A stretch of 64,000 nucleotides of DNA from contig NW_027191411.1 of assembly GCF_041146345.1 (NCBI RefSeq), forward strand, positions 1,426,001 to 1,490,000, written 5' to 3'. Positions 10,040 through 23,420 of this stretch are shown here, piece after piece. The notes below the pieces were generated by a model that was not told the origin of the DNA, searched no databases, and saw only the letters and a list, made by a program, of their open reading frames with translations. The stretch's first letter is position 1. Every line of letters starts with the position of its first letter. The position numbers and the translations under genes were made by a program. Origin of the DNA: Neodothiora populina. Its lineage: Eukaryota.

Positions 10040-12832
10040 TTAGGATCGATCACTGAACCCCGATTGCTGCAGAGCAGGTGATCCAGACGCGTGGCTGGTT
10101 CTCCTGCTTCCACTTCTGCTTATATTTAACAACCTAGCGCTGCCAGCGCTCATCGACTTTGCGTGACCGAACCCGTGACCGTAGCTGACACTGGTAGCTT
10201 TCTGTAAAGTGCCTTGCTCCACCGGAGATTGATTCGAAGAGTCTTCGCTACTCGTCCGGGATGCAGCTGTAAGAGGGCCAGCCGCATATTCAGCAACTAA
10301 ACCCTCACGCGACTTGTGTCGTGGCTCGCTGTGTACAACCGTTGGGCGACGATGCGCGGTTCCATGTCTCATGGGTGTTCCGTCATTGGGCATGACAACC
10401 TCTGTCAAGCTTTCTCTGCCGGCTGGGTCTGGAGTTGAGTGTGTCTCAGCAGATGTCCTACGACTCACGGCATCAGGCGTGAGCGAAGCGAAAAACTCAT
10501 GATCAGGTACAGGCAATCGCTCGTAGCTGCCAGTAAAGTCTCCTGTCGACCTAGCTGCAGAAACTCCAGATCCAGCACTGTCTCGCTGTAGGCGCCGCGT
10601 CGACAACCGCTGAGGGCGCCCACTGATCCAAGACCCTTCCGAGTCGACGGATGCTAGAGATTGTGACAAGGGTAATTCGGGTTCATGGCTATCGAGGCTA
10701 TCGAGAACGACAGGCGAGTCTGTTCGACCAGTGTGCGGAATGTCGGCCGGCACACTAGGCGAAGCAGACTCTGTGCGCTGCGTAGGACGTTTACCCCGTC
10801 GAGCGGCCGCGGCATTGGCGGCAGCAATAGTCAATTCGGGCGACTGCACCCTAGAATCAGGTGGGGAGATGGGCGCGTCCGGGAGATCCTCATGAAACCT
10901 ACTCTGGGTCCTAGTTGGTACACCTGAGCGGCGTCCAGTCTGTTGTATTAGGTGTGCGGGGATTGCTTGACGAGACATGGACTCCCTAGACACATTGGCG
11001 AACGAGCTTTCCGATGGAGTCGATCTGCCTGCGTTATCGACAGAGACGCGGCTTGTGCTTGGGCCCCGTCGGAAGATTGCAGCCCATGTAGAAGGACGAC
11101 GAGGGCTTCCTTCAGACGGTCGGCGCTGTTCAGGTCGTTGCGGCGCTCTTGAGATGCTGGGAGTACGTTGCGTTTGCAGATCGGACAATTCAGATAGGCT
11201 TCCGGCAGCTATGGGATTCGCAAACGGTGATCTTGGTGGAGAAAGAGGCTCATGCGAAGGCTGCTTAGTTTGGGCCAGATCAAGTACAGGCTCCTCAAGC
11301 GGTGTCGGAAGAGGTGACCAGTCGTCACTCTGTTGACGTCCCGGATCTGCGAATGGACCGGCACTCGACTCGACATCATCGAACGGATTCTGCGGTATAT
11401 CTTGCTGGGCAGGATACTTTAGATAAGTTCCCTTTCTGGACGGGCTTCCCTCAACATCTCGACCATGTGTCATGTCTGCTTCCGCTGGCGGTGGTGTCAG
11501 AAGTCCAGCAGCGACATCTCTGTCCTGCTCAGGCCCTTGTTGGCGGAAAGCAGGATGAATGGCGGTAGGCACAGAACGCTCGATCAGCTTACGTTCCACT
11601 TCCCGAGCCCTCTCCGCCTCCGCTTCATCATTCCTCTTGGGCTCAATTTCCACCCTCTTTTCTTGGTCACGAACATCAGCCCCTTGTCTGTCTTCCTCAG
11701 TACGCTGGCTTTCGCTTGCCACCCTCTTCCTTAGTTTACGTTCGAGGCGATCGCGCTGCTCGACCTCCTTCCTTTCCTTTCTGCGTGCATCTCTCTCCAG
11801 TAAAGTACGCAGATCGGTAGAGTCCAGTTCGTCCGCGAGATCTGCAATCTTGCGGTGATCCTTTCGTGACGATCCTTGAGCGATGGCAGGCAGTCGACCC
11901 CTTTTCGACTCTTTCCTCGGCGTCTCTGAATTGCTGTTCGGCTGCGTACTGAAACTGGGCAAGGAGAGGCGGACCGTGGGCCTGGGACTGAGAACATTGA
12001 TGCCGCTTACCTGCCAGCCACGCTGCTCAGACCTGGCGGACATGGATGACGGTACGGAGATGGGAAGGGACACATTGGAGCCGCGGTGGTCGTCAGGGCG
12101 TGCTTTGGAAGACAGCGTCCTTCGTGCTTTTTTGCTGTCCCTTCGCAGTAAGTCATTCGTCATTCCGGCGGGTCTCTTTGAAATCTGCAATGGAGAATCC
12201 AATGAACGAATGTAATCCTCCCTCGAAGCTAGCTGTTCCGAATGTCTGTGAGACGGCTTCCTCTGCGAATCAACGGCGTGCATACTTCGGCCCAGACCGT
12301 TAGTTCTCGATGAATATGGTTCCTGAGTGGATCTAGGTGAGCCAGAATCCAGGTTATAGGGAATGAGAAAGTCGTGGTGCTTCACCGGCCGCAGGTGTGG
12401 ACTTGACTCGAACTGGCGTATACCGGGTAGAGCGGTGATGTCTTGCACGCTGGTTTGACGGACAGGCCGACCCACCGGACTCTCTCGGTTTGGAGTGAGG
12501 GGAGTTGCCGTCGATGTCGCCTCGATCGATGGTAGAGTCTCATCGACATTACGGGTAGCGAATGACCGTGGAGTATCTGTGACGGTGACAGGGAAATCGT
12601 CGGCGCCAGGGCCAGAGCCAGTGCCAGTGCCAGTGTCAGGGCCGGCCGCGAGCTTGCGTTTGCGCATACTCTCGCGCCTGCCTGAAGGCCGTGGTGGGGA
12701 TTGTGTCGGTGCTGCCATGTGCCGACGGGGCTCTGAAACAGTCGACTTTTCATTGCTGACATGGGTTGTTCCGACGGCTTGTGTGTTGCTGCTGGTTCGC
12801 CTCTTCTTCCTCCCAAATGGCCACAATGGCAT
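10040..12832 (-). CDS. Uncharacterised fungal Ser/Arg/Pro-rich, largely disordered protein (~930 aa) with a central coiled coil
   Basis: Single long ORF. Probable start MPLWPFGRKKRR at 12832 (ATG 12841 also possible). Charged helix ADELDSTDLRTLLERDARRKERKE; motif SLASVDSEGSWISGRP. Confidence 0.75.
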   Translation of the reverse strand: MPLWPFGRKKRRTSSNTQAVGTTHVSNEKSTVSEPRRHMAAPTQSPPRPSGRRESMRKRKLAAGPDTGTGTGSGPGADDFPVTVTDTPRSFATRNVDETLPSIEATSTATPLTPNRESPVGRPVRQTSVQDITALPGIRQFESSPHLRPVKHHDFLIPYNLDSGSPRSTQEPYSSRTNGLGRSMHAVDSQRKPSHRHSEQLASREDYIRSLDSPLQISKRPAGMTNDLLRRDSKKARRTLSSKARPDDHRGSNVSLPISVPSSMSARSEQRGWQVSGINVLSPRPTVRLSLPSFSTQPNSNSETPRKESKRGRLPAIAQGSSRKDHRKIADLADELDSTDLRTLLERDARRKERKEVEQRDRLERKLRKRVASESQRTEEDRQGADVRDQEKRVEIEPKRNDEAEAERAREVERKLIERSVPTAIHPAFRQQGPEQDRDVAAGLLTPPPAEADMTHGRDVEGSPSRKGTYLKYPAQQDIPQNPFDDVESSAGPFADPGRQQSDDWSPLPTPLEEPVLDLAQTKQPSHEPLSPPRSPFANPIAAGSLSELSDLQTQRTPSISRAPQRPEQRRPSEGSPRRPSTWAAIFRRGPSTSRVSVDNAGRSTPSESSFANVSRESMSRQAIPAHLIQQTGRRSGVPTRTQSRFHEDLPDAPISPPDSRVQSPELTIAAANAAAARRGKRPTQRTESASPSVPADIPHTGRTDSPVVLDSLDSHEPELPLSQSLASVDSEGSWISGRPQRLSTRRLQRDSAGSGVSAARSTGDFTGSYERLPVPDHEFFASLTPDAVSRRTSAETHSTPDPAGRESLTEVVMPNDGTPMRHGTAHRRPTVVHSEPRHKSREGLVAEYAAGPLTAASRTSSEDSSNQSPVEQGTLQKATSVSYGHGFGHAKSMSAGSARLLNISRSGSRRTSHASGSPALQQSGFSDRS

Positions 12833-15483
12833 ACTGATCATGGAAGAGCGTCCTGCCTTCCTTCGACCCACTCAGAATGTGTCAGATATCGAGAATGCAT
12901 ATGACTGAAGAAGAGATTGAGTAGTTGACAAGAGATGTCGCAATATTTTAGTCGGGAGCAGGGAACACGTCGTCCGGAAATTGCACCACGCCTGTGTGGC
13001 GTCGTCGTCGATGACTTGTACGGGGGGTGACGGGTCGTATGGTTACAGTGCGGTCCTTGCGCCACCTTTGAACGAGGGTGCGATGACTCAAGTGCTAAGG
13101 AACTGTGGAGAAAGGGACCAAGAGACGGAGAAGAGAGAAAAAAGGGAAGCGTGATGTCAGAATGGGTGTAGTAGTACTGTGATACCTTTCAGCTGGTTGG
13201 CCTGATGCTGTCGCCAACTTGGTTGCTGCAAGAGGCTGTAGGTAGGCTAGGAAGCACTGCCAAATAACAAACGCACTGACGACAGAAAAGCGCGCGCACG
13301 AGATGATAATAATGATGCGAGCGAAGGAGCGTGATCCGTTTTGAGCCAGATATTGCAGGTCCCAGTGACGGCAGGTTCAGATGGAGCTAATGAAGCGAAC
13401 CACAAAGGGAACGACGTACAAGTAGCAGGGGGATACAAGCACCAAAGACGAGGACTGAGCCAGTATGCGAGGGAGCGACAGTGGAATTGGCTTGGACTAA
13501 CACAATGTGGCGCTGCTTGGTCATTTAGCGGATCAAGGTCTAGACGAGAGTCAAATCTCTGATCTTAGCACTTTCTCGGAGCTGCAACCATCGTTGCCCA
13601 ATTCCCTTTTTCCCAGCTATAATACATCATAGTTCCAATGCGCGCAAAGCAAACAAGCAAACAAAAAGAGAACTTCATGCAAATGGGCGATTTATAGAGG
13701 TGATCTATTCACCGGTGAACACTTGACGTGTTGGACGGTCATGAGGTAGACAGACACAGACACAGACGCTGAACATGCGTTTGCTAAGCTACGATTTGTC
13801 TCTCCAATCTCATCGCTTACTCCGATTCAGTGTAATTCGTCGCGGCCAACCCATAGCATCGTCACAACAGACCCCTATGATCGCCGACTACCTCTGATCA
13901 GCGGTGGTCCAAAGCATGTGCATCCACGACCACTGCACCTTTGTTGGCTAGCGTGAGCACTACTGCCGATAAATGATTTCACCCACGCGACCTGCAGGTC
14001 ACATTTCGCAACGTGTAATATCCGTCACATTTTGCTCTCGTGGTACACACAGCAATAGCACTGTCACGGTACTAAGTGTGAAGAGATTAGAGAGTAATGA
14101 GACGCGTCGCTCTTTGTGAAATCATTCAACGGCTAGCGACACACCCCAGATATTGTTTTGCTTCGCTACCCTTTGAGCCCTTCAAGCCGAAGTCTATTGG
14201 TAACCTTTGACCTGGAGGCTTGCGCCATTGCAGCTATGCTTATCGTAACTTCGCGCCGTTATGGGCATGCCGTACAGCTCCCCGCCATGTAATTGACCTA
14301 CTTTGGCGTGTGCCTCGTATGAAAGGTGGCATTGTTCCTGATACACTTTCATGGCCAGACTTCATCCAGCCTTATGCAAGGGAAAAGATCTCGTCGAGCT
14401 GGCCCAATCGACGTTCGTAATTGCTTTGGATCCACAATTGTGCATCAGCCATGTGCAATGGGGGCAGTCCCACGCGAGTTCGAGTCAGTCGTTGAAACGG
14501 ACAATTCATCATGGTTCAGTATACTGTATATATTTTAGCGCAGGCACGCAGCACACTACCGCTCGTTGTTTATGGATAGATTAATATTTTGCACGTGTCG
14601 CTTCATCAATTTCCGCTGTGCAAATATTTGACGAGCTCATCCCGAAACCTCGGGTCTGAAAAGGCTGTAGATCATTCGTGTCAAGGCCATACTCTAGCCA
14701 CACCATCTAAGCATGTGGTCGGCGCCATGGAGCTACGAGGCATTGGTCGGATGCAGAACACAGCATTATACACATACGATGCCCCTGCTCCATAACACAG
14801 CGCCCAGTGCGCCGTTGGCAGCGTGCAGCAATGTGCTGCATGCAGTGTCCGCATTAAATGTAGACCAGAATAGTAGAGTTTGCAGCGCGCTCGTCTCTGC
14901 GTTGCAGTAGTAAAGTAAGATACGTTGGCCTTGGTGAAGGGCCATTTCATTCGAGCTGCGCTGTCAAGTGTAAAGTACCTCGAGCAGATACGCAAGTTTG
15001 GTCAGAGTATTGCACGAAGAGAATAGCATATCATGGGTGATCATCTCAGGTGAAACAATACTCTACAGCAAAGTCGTTCGCGTTGATGGAATAGCACTAG
15101 CATTAATGTCATGGTCAGTACCTTTACTATAGCCATGTCTTCACAGAGCGTAGAGATTGCATCAAGGATGTTTCCTCATATTGTGGTTACCTGAAATTCA
15201 TTCTCTGGCGAACAAGTCAACTAACAATGCCTGGGATCCACCGCTTTTGCCAAGACACCTACCGTCCTCAAATAGGAAGGTCTGATACGATCTCAGATCC
15301 AGGTCAAAAGCCTCTGCCTTTGACGCCTCTACCGCATATAATCATGTAGTCATCGTTGGTACTGTAAATATTCACCCACAAGGTGTTGCCTAGTGTGCTT
15401 CGGGATTGACCTCGCATTCTTTTCGATTCTTTCCATCTTTTGGGCTTTTATCGTGCCTTATTCTAACTTGACTGCTTCGAAAG

Positions 15484-17403
15484 ATGAGTCGAGAGCGAGA
15501 AGGAAGTCTAGTGATTGAGACCGAACAGGGTCGGTCTTCAGACCCTCTGACTTCACCATTGGGACCTGATGAACATGTGCCTCTGGAGGCTCTCGAACAA
15601 GAGCCGATCCAAGATATACCACAACGCAGCAAGTTAAGACTTGTTGCTGTTCTTGTGGCCCTTAATGTAAGTAGCATTGACGACTACTGCCACGCTCATG
15701 TGGGTCTACTCACCACTTTTAGCTTGCCCTATTCGTAGCAGCATTAGACCAGACAATTACTGCAACAGCCATTCCCACCATCAGTGCTCAGCTTCACTCT
15801 GCCTCGGGATACACTTGGATCGGAGGAGCTTACTTATTGGCAAATGCAGCGGCTTCCCCCATCCTGGCTAAATTGTCTGACATTTGGGGGAGGAAACCCA
15901 TGCTTCTCTTAGCTGTAGCATGGTTCTTTGTCAGCTCTATCATCTGTGCCACTGCTAAGGACATGGCCACATTGATTGCCGGACGAGCTCTCCAGGGAAT
16001 TGCTGGTGGAGGTCTGATACAGTTGACCAATATCACGATATCGGACTTGTTCTCGGTAAGAGAGCGTAGCTTATACCTAGGTCTTCTTGAATTCATCTGG
16101 GCTCTTTCTGGCGGCGTAGGTCCCATCATTGGAGGTGCCTTCACTGAATTCGTATCATGGCGCTGGATCTTCTGGGTCAACCTCCCGTTGCAGGTACTGT
16201 GATCATGTTGAACTAGAATTGACTCTGCCTCTTACTAACAGCTGTATTCGTCAGGGAATGACGTTCGCTCTTCTCTTCATCTGCCTGGACGTTCATAATC
16301 CAAGAACAAGAGCTTTCGATGGTGTTAAAGCCATCGATTGGCTGGGAACTTTTTCTATCCTTGGCTTGACACTTATGCTCCTCCTCGGACTCGATTTCGG
16401 AGGTGTCATCTTCCCATGGAACTCGCCCAAGGTTATCTGTCTGATAGTATTCGGTTGTTTGATGAGTGTCTTCTTCGTTGTGAGCGAGAGAAGATTTGCC
16501 CGCTACCCTTTGATGCCCATGAGAATATTCCGTAACGTGTCCAATGCGGCATGCCTTCTTGTCGTCTTCTGCCACGGCTTCGTAAGATTCAATGTATGAC
16601 GATGACGGGCTGATCACTGACTGTTCGCTAGGTCTTTATCGCGGGCGAGTACTACCTTCCTCTTTACTTCCAATCCGTGATGCAAGCTTCGCCATTGCAT
16701 TCAGGTTTGTACATATTACCCCTTACAGTAACAGAGGCTCTTGGAGGCATTTTCTGTGCTTTCACAATTCATCGGACTGGACGGTATCAAGAGCTTATCT
16801 GGGCAGGCCTTGTACTTCTGGTGATTGGAAATGGTCTCTATCTCATGATAGATGAAAACTCATCCCTTGGAATGGTACTTGGCTTTGAGGTGGTCGCCGG
16901 AGTAGGAGGTATGTTGATGTTGTTTTTTCTTGCAGGAACGTTTCAGCTTACGATGGATAGCTGGACTCCTTTTCGAGCCACCCATGATAGCTCTACACGC
17001 ATCTGTCAAGCAAGAAGATGTCGCAACAGCCACATCGACTTTCGGATTCGTAAGAAATCTTGCCACTGCCATGTCAATCGTGATAGCTGGTGTTGTGGTA
17101 CAGAACGGCATGGCCTCGCAAAAGCCTCGATTGGTAGATGCAGGCTTATCAACGAGTCTCATTGAGGACTTCACCGGAGGTGATGCATCCGCCAACGTCG
17201 AGATTATCAAGACAATCACCGACCCGCTCCAGCAACAGGCCGTGAAGGCGGCATTTGCACACAGTCTACGAGATATGTGGATACTAATGACGGCTGTTGC
17301 AGGCGTAGGAATTGTGATGAGCATCTTTATTGCGAGGAAGCACTTGAGTCAGGAGCACGTGGAGACGAAGACAGGACTCAAGGAAAAGGATACATCAATC
17401 TAA
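15484..17403 (+). CDS. MFS drug:H+ antiporter (DHA2, 14-TM type), 5 exons
   Basis: Spliced motifs ALDQTITATAIPTI, WIGGAYLL, KLSDIWGRK, GRALQGIAGGG, GPIIGGAFTEFVSWRWIFWVNLP, IDWLG. Introns at about 15667-15722, 16194-16254, 16582-16631 and 16908-16960. Confidence 0.9.
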
Positions 17404-17860
17404 ATGGTCGTCCATGAGAGACAGTCCTAAATTGGATGGCGGTTCGGAAGGTGACACAGCGGCCTGGCGGATCCTCGAAAAGAGATGCAACCTCATCGAC
17501 CGATCGAATCCTGACGACATTACATAGCCATAGAAATCGCTCCGTCTGTCAGCCACGGTACCTTGCAATATATTTATTCTTGGCTGCAGACACTTATGTG
17601 GTACAAATATAGGACTGCGCTGCGATGCATGTTTGCAGAAGAGGCGTGCTAGATGGGGTAACTTCGGCATGGTCCGCAACATGAGGTTGTCGACCACCTT
17701 TCTGAGCCGCGACCCTAAGGCTGCGTCCATTGCGGGCCACGCCAAGACATAACAGTTACTGAGGTATACGATCAACTGTTGTTCTACTCCATCATATATC
17801 TCTTACTGCTAAGGGGATCATCAATCTGCGCACAGTGCACCTTTCATTGAACCAGGCGAC

Positions 17861-18698
17861 ATGGCTGACAACCATGAAACCGAGCATGCGCTCGCGTCAA
17901 GCGAACAGGACGTGAAAGTGGAGGCTACGCAAGATGATGCTCCAGCATCAACTGAGGCCAATGAAATGAATACAGCCGAGGACGTCCATGATACTGTGAA
18001 GAAAGACGACGAGGATAAGGACCCGGAAGTCAACGATGCTGTTGTTGATGATGTCGATGAGGATGCTTCTGCGCCCCAAGGAATGAACCTAGATGGCGCC
18101 AACGATATGATGCCAGATCAAGAAGTGCCAACATTAGAGACACGTTTGCCAGCAAAGAAAGATGTTGCTTTGCGCGACTTCTTGAGTAAAATGGACGACT
18201 ATGCGCCGATTGTATGCTGCTCCTGTCCAGATTTAGTGATGGTGTAGGAGCTTCAGACACTAACACCAGATCCAGATACCAGACGCAGTCACCAACTACT
18301 ATCTCACCTTGGCAGGCCTACCACCGCCACCGCAGACATCACCACATCTAGCGCGAATGCTCGCATTGGCGACGCAAAAGTTCATCGCAGACATCGCTGC
18401 TGATGCCTATCAATATTCTCGCATCCGTTCGACCAACACGACGTCCAACAATCCCCTCACTGGACTCGGTGGTGCAGCTGGATTTGGCATGATGCCAACG
18501 ACGGGGGGAGACGAGGGCGCTGGCAAAGGAAAGGGTAAAGACGCCTCAAAAGGAGCGCAACTTGGCGGACCGAGACCAGGATATGGTGGCGGTGGCGGAG
18601 GTGCATCCGGTGGACGTACGGTCTTGACCATGGAAGATCTGGGCATGGCTGTTGGCGAATATGGTGTGAACGTCAAGCGAGGGGAGTTCTATCGGTAG
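17861..18698 (+). CDS. TAF10: TFIID/SAGA subunit Taf10, 2 exons
   Basis: [24 protein letters not shown]...[25 protein letters not shown]...[25 protein letters not shown]. Intron 18212-18275. Confidence 0.95.
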
Positions 18699-19003
18699 AA
18701 AATTGGTTAAGAGGAATACCCTGGTGCACACGGCGTTCTATGGTGGTTCTGCGGTGGTGGCAATGACATGATGGCCGGCGAGCTGTCCTTCTGGCGTTGG
18801 GGTTTTGCGGATAGAACGAAGAGAGAATCACGACAATACATACTACCGAGAAATAGGAAATAAAAGCCGGAGCCAAAGCAAGCCCGATATTGACGATATG
18901 GTATGAGACAAGATGTGTTACAACCATATAAGTCATGGTAAACCTTTCACAACGCCGCCCAATGCATTCAATCCAGCGCAACACCCTATATTCCAACACC
19001 TCT

Positions 19004-19551
19004 CTACTTGTTCTTCGAGTGCTTGTACGTGAATCGTTTCCTTGTCCTGTGCGGTGGAGAGATCTCGTCAGTACCACTACCGTGCCAGGCCTGGGTCCAA
19101 AAATAAGATGGCACTCACGGCGAGAACTCTCCTAGCTTGTGTCCCACCATATCTTCAGTGATGCGCACATCGTTGTAGATCTTGCCATTGTACACCTGGA
19201 AGATGAGGCCGACAAAGTTGGGTAGGATGGTAGCGCTGCGTGCCTGGGTCTTGACTGGCGGTGCGCGCTCGCCTTGCTTCGGACGGATGATCGGGAGACT
19301 GTCGCGAGCGCCCTAAGTTAGATGACTCGTTTCATTTCCACGGTGGGGTTTCTGGTCGAGATAGTGACTATCCTCGCCTCTGGTAACTCTCTGTGCCACC
19401 TCTTTCGCGTGGGATAAAAAGTTCCAACTTACGGGACGATATGAGGTCCTAGAGATGTGGTCAGTCAAAGGTGATGAGGTGTGATTGACTATGCCGGCTA
19501 CTGACCTTTCCACACCGACCGAGCGCCTTGTAACAGGGATGTTGGACGCAT
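19004..19551 (-). CDS. RSM19: Mitochondrial small-subunit ribosomal protein uS19m, 4 exons (not in the ORF track)
   Basis: Exons 19551-19506, 19448-19433, ~19298-19118, ~19046-19004. Protein [25 protein letters not shown]...[58 protein letters not shown], a classic S19 signature. Confidence 0.93.
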
Positions 19552-19786
19552 CGTGTTCTGTTCTGTACTGGATACCTGTGCTGGTCAAGTCGCATCTACA
19601 TTCGCATTGTCTATCAACCCTGTGACGGGGAAGAAGACCGCCAAGCCCGCATGGTAGAGGGTGTCGTGGTGAGAAATCCTGACTCGAGGTCTCTCTCACT
19701 TGCGTCTAAACACTGGTCATGCAATGCATCCACCGCACATCCTCAAAGAGTGATCCAGTAGATGAGAGCACAGACCCAACCTCTCT

Positions 19787-19792
19787 ACGCGT
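19787..19792. promoter_or_regulatory. MCB-like element ACGCGT in the RSM19/MRE11 divergent promoter
   Basis: Exact ACGCGT 220 bp upstream of the MRE11 ATG. DNA-repair genes are typical MBF targets (inference). Confidence 0.35.
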
Positions 19793-20006
19793 TACACGTC
19801 TTCCTAGAAAAGACACTCGGTAGACAGGTAGGCAGCCACTGTGTATTGTGCAATAATGGTGATACGGTGCCTCTGATCAGATTGTGATCCCGTAAACGAC
19901 CTAATTGCTCCAGCATCGCAAGAGGAGCTCATGTGGCGACACACTTCCAGGACCTTTTGGAGTTTTACTCAGTACACATAATACTGCAATACCACACTGC
20001 AGCAAG

Positions 20007-22505
20007 ATGCCCCCGCTTAGCAATGCGTCAGGTTGGACTGCTTTATGACCCAATTTATACATGCTCAAACTCTGACCATCTCAGCGGCCGACACTATTCG
20101 TATCCTAGTTGCAACAGACAGCCATGTCGGCTACAATGAGCGAGATCCCATCCGTGGCGATGATAGCTGGAAGTCGTTTCATGAGGTTATGTGTCTAGCC
20201 AAGGAGCGCGATGTGGACATGGTCTTGCTGGCTGGTGACCTCTTTCATGAGAACAAACCTTCTCGGAAGTCCATGTATCAGGTCATGCGTTCTTTGCGGA
20301 TGAATTGCTACGGGGAAAAGCCATGTGAATTGGAAATGCTGAGTGATGCATCTGAGAACTTTCAAGGGTTTGTGCTTTGATGTCTAGATCTTATCCGTTC
20401 GCAAATCATATTTACATGGATGTCTAGTGCCTTTAATCATGTCAATTACGAGGATCCCGACATAAATGTGGCAATACCGGTCTTCTCGATCCACGGAAAC
20501 CATGATGATCCGTCAGGGGTACGTTCGAGTCACTGCTAAGCCGTCATTACATACCGCTGAGGTTAGCTAGGAAGGCCATCTTGCTGCGCTCGATCTACTT
20601 CAGATCGCAGGCCTGGTCAACTACTACGGCCGAACGCCGGAATCAGACAACATTCTGATCAAGCCTGTACTTCTCCAAAAAGGTCGGACGAAACTCGCAT
20701 TGTATGGCATGAGCAATGTCCGCGATGAGAGGCTATTTCGTACTTTCCGGGATGGAAGAGTCAAGTTCTTTCAGCCGAGTGCTCAGAAGTCAGATTGGTT
20801 CAATCTCATGAGCGTTCATCAAAACCAGTAAGTTTATACCCGAGAGTAGTGCCACCTGAGTGAGCCTCACTGACATTCCCAGTCATGCATACACGGAGAC
20901 AGGCTACCTGCCTGAGAATTTCCTGCCTGAGTTTCTCGATCTTGTCGTTTGGGGCCATGAACACGAATGTCTCATCGAACCAAGATACAATCCCGAAATG
21001 AACTTTCACGTCATGCAGCCTGGTTCGTCTGTTGCGACATCTCTTATGCCCGGAGAAGCTGTGCCAAAGCGTGTAGCTATCGTCAGCATTACTGGCAAAC
21101 AGTTCAAATCGGAGCCTATTCGACTGAAGAGCATCCGACCATTCGTCATGAAGGAAATTGTACTCCAGGAAGACAGTAGCATGAAGCGTATCGCAATGAA
21201 AGATGAAAATCGACCAGAAATTACAAGGCACCTCATAGCCATCGTAGAGGATCTTATCAAGGAAGCACAAAGAAATTGGCGAGAGGCTCAAGATGATGAG
21301 GAAGATGACGACTCGGAGCCGCCTTTACCGTTGGTTCGACTACGGGTCGAGTACACTGCGCCCGAGGGCGGAAGATTCGACTGTGAAAATCCACAGCGCT
21401 TCTCAAACAGGTTTGTCGACAAGGTGGCTAATGTCAACGACGTCGTTCAGTTTTATCGCAAGAAAACCAGCACGAAAAAGACTAAAGCTGAACCAGAGAT
21501 GCCTGAAGAGTCAGTCATGGCCCAAATGAGCATCGACTCTGTCAAGGTGGAGAAGCTTGTACGTGAGTTCCTCACAGCTCAGTCACTTACTATTCTCCCA
21601 CAAAACTCCTTCGGAGATGCTGTCAGTCAATTCGTGGACAAGGATGATAAGCATGCAATGGAAATGTTCGTCAATGAGAGTCTTGCCAATCAGGTCAGAC
21701 ACTTGAAGACGCTGGACAACGAGGATGAGACTGAAATCACCGCGGCCATGGAAGAATACAAATCCAAGCTCGAAGACCTCTTCGCTAGCGGCCATCTGAA
21801 ACGAGTTCACAAGGGGAAGCTCAAGCCTAAGCCTGACGGTTGGGATAGCGACTTCGACGGAGAGTGGACTAACCAGCCTGGCGCCCTCATACGATCTGAC
21901 AACGAGGAGGCAGATGAACAGGGTGATGATACAGTAGCGGTCGCATCGACAAAAAAGACTACTTCCGCCCGAGGTAGGGGTCGTGGAAGAGCGTCGAAGG
22001 CTACGAGTACGACGCGCAAAACAGCAGCTGCCAAGTCAAAGGCGCAGCCAGCCAAGAAGACCACTGCTAGGAATAGACGCAAGGATAGCGATGAAGATGA
22101 AGATGAAGAAGACGAGGATGTGATCATGATTGACGATGACGATGATGATGATGATGATGATGATGGAGAGGACGACGCGGACGATGGACTGTTCGTCAAA
22201 CAAACCACTAGTAGGGCTTCCACGAGGGCAGCACCAACTCGAAAGACTCCAGCGCGCACAACTGCGACCAAAGCGTCCTCTGGGAAGCAAACTATTTTGT
22301 CATTCTCTCAGTCGGCCAGTTCGAAACCGCCTCGTACAGCTACTGGAGGTCGTGGCCGCCGACAAGAGCCTGTAAGTCTACCTGCGGTCTATATAATTGA
22401 CTTTCTCAGACTAATTTTGTGTAGAGCGACGATGAGATCTCTGATGATGACGATGCCTTCGAGCCCGCACCATCAACAGCGCGCGCCACCAGAGCTCGCC
22501 GGTAG
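20007..22505 (+). CDS. MRE11: Double-strand break repair nuclease Mre11, 6 exons
   Basis: Phosphoesterase motifs [51 protein letters not shown]. Introns at 20032-20084, ~20369-20427, ~20519-20570, ~20828-20882 and 22372-22424. Stop TAG 22503-22505. Confidence 0.96.
22132..22164 (+). repeat. GAY/GAT repeat encoding D11 in the Mre11 acidic tail
   Basis: (GAT)8 at 22141-22164 preceded by GAC GAT GAC. Confidence 0.9.
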
Positions 22506-23420
22506 AGTCAAGGTAGTTGAGGTTCTGCAGCTAAGATGGCCACGAAGAGTGCAGAGGCCTTCAGCTCGACAACATTTCTCGACTGAGCTCATAAACCCTA
22601 CACTGAGGTAGCAAGAAGTCTTCACAGCTCTGTATGAAATCATTCAATCTCTCAAGCATTGGCTGTGTATCCACACGTGCGATCTTGCACACATAGGTAG
22701 TGGGAGCGTTCGGGTTGCGCCGCCTCTCCCATGTACCTTACTCAAGGCACTTCCTGGCATGAACATTACCTAGTCGAACTCCCGAACATGGTCCGTGTAA
22801 CGTTGCCTCTATTGTTACTCCATGGTCACAGAACATGGCAGTTGCAATGGGAACCGACGCAAGCACCGTGCCTGCTTCATTTCTGCCATCTGTGCACCAA
22901 GCTGAGCACTGCATGTCAAATAATTGAAGGCAGTAACCTGAAAACTGCTGTCACCTTCTCCTTCCATCAGAAAAGCATAGTATTTTGTTCAGTAACGACG
23001 TCTACAACAGGAAAGTGCTACCCGCTCACGACGGACTACAGTCCGGCCATGACTACAATCAACTTCTGGAAACCATCTCCTGGTCACCTCTATATGCACA
23101 TGCGACGCAGCAGACTCTTGGAAATCATCGTAATCTGTCTTCATTGAATCATTGCTCTACTTCTGCCAACACTCGCTTTTTGGAAACTCTTATTAGTCTA
23201 CCAGAACTGCATACAGAACAACTTCGTTCATAGAAAGCCTCTTCTCCTCGTAAGAGTGGTGAACCTTCTACCACTCGGGCTTAGAGCTGCTTTTCTCGAC
23301 TGACTTTGTCCACCGGGACGAGGAAGTAGGATCCTTGATGAACACACAGCACTCATCTTGCCATCTGTTCATCATCTGCTTGGAATTAACCGGACCTGGG
23401 TAGTTCCGATCCATCTCGTC

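Noticed and set aside
12833..15483. Short ORFs in the 2.6-kb divergent intergenic region
   Set aside because: No recognisable motifs or coherent exon chain; treated as promoter/UTR.
22372..22611. Extended Mre11 C-terminus in the ORF track
   Set aside because: Read-through of intron 22372-22424; the spliced form stops at 22505.
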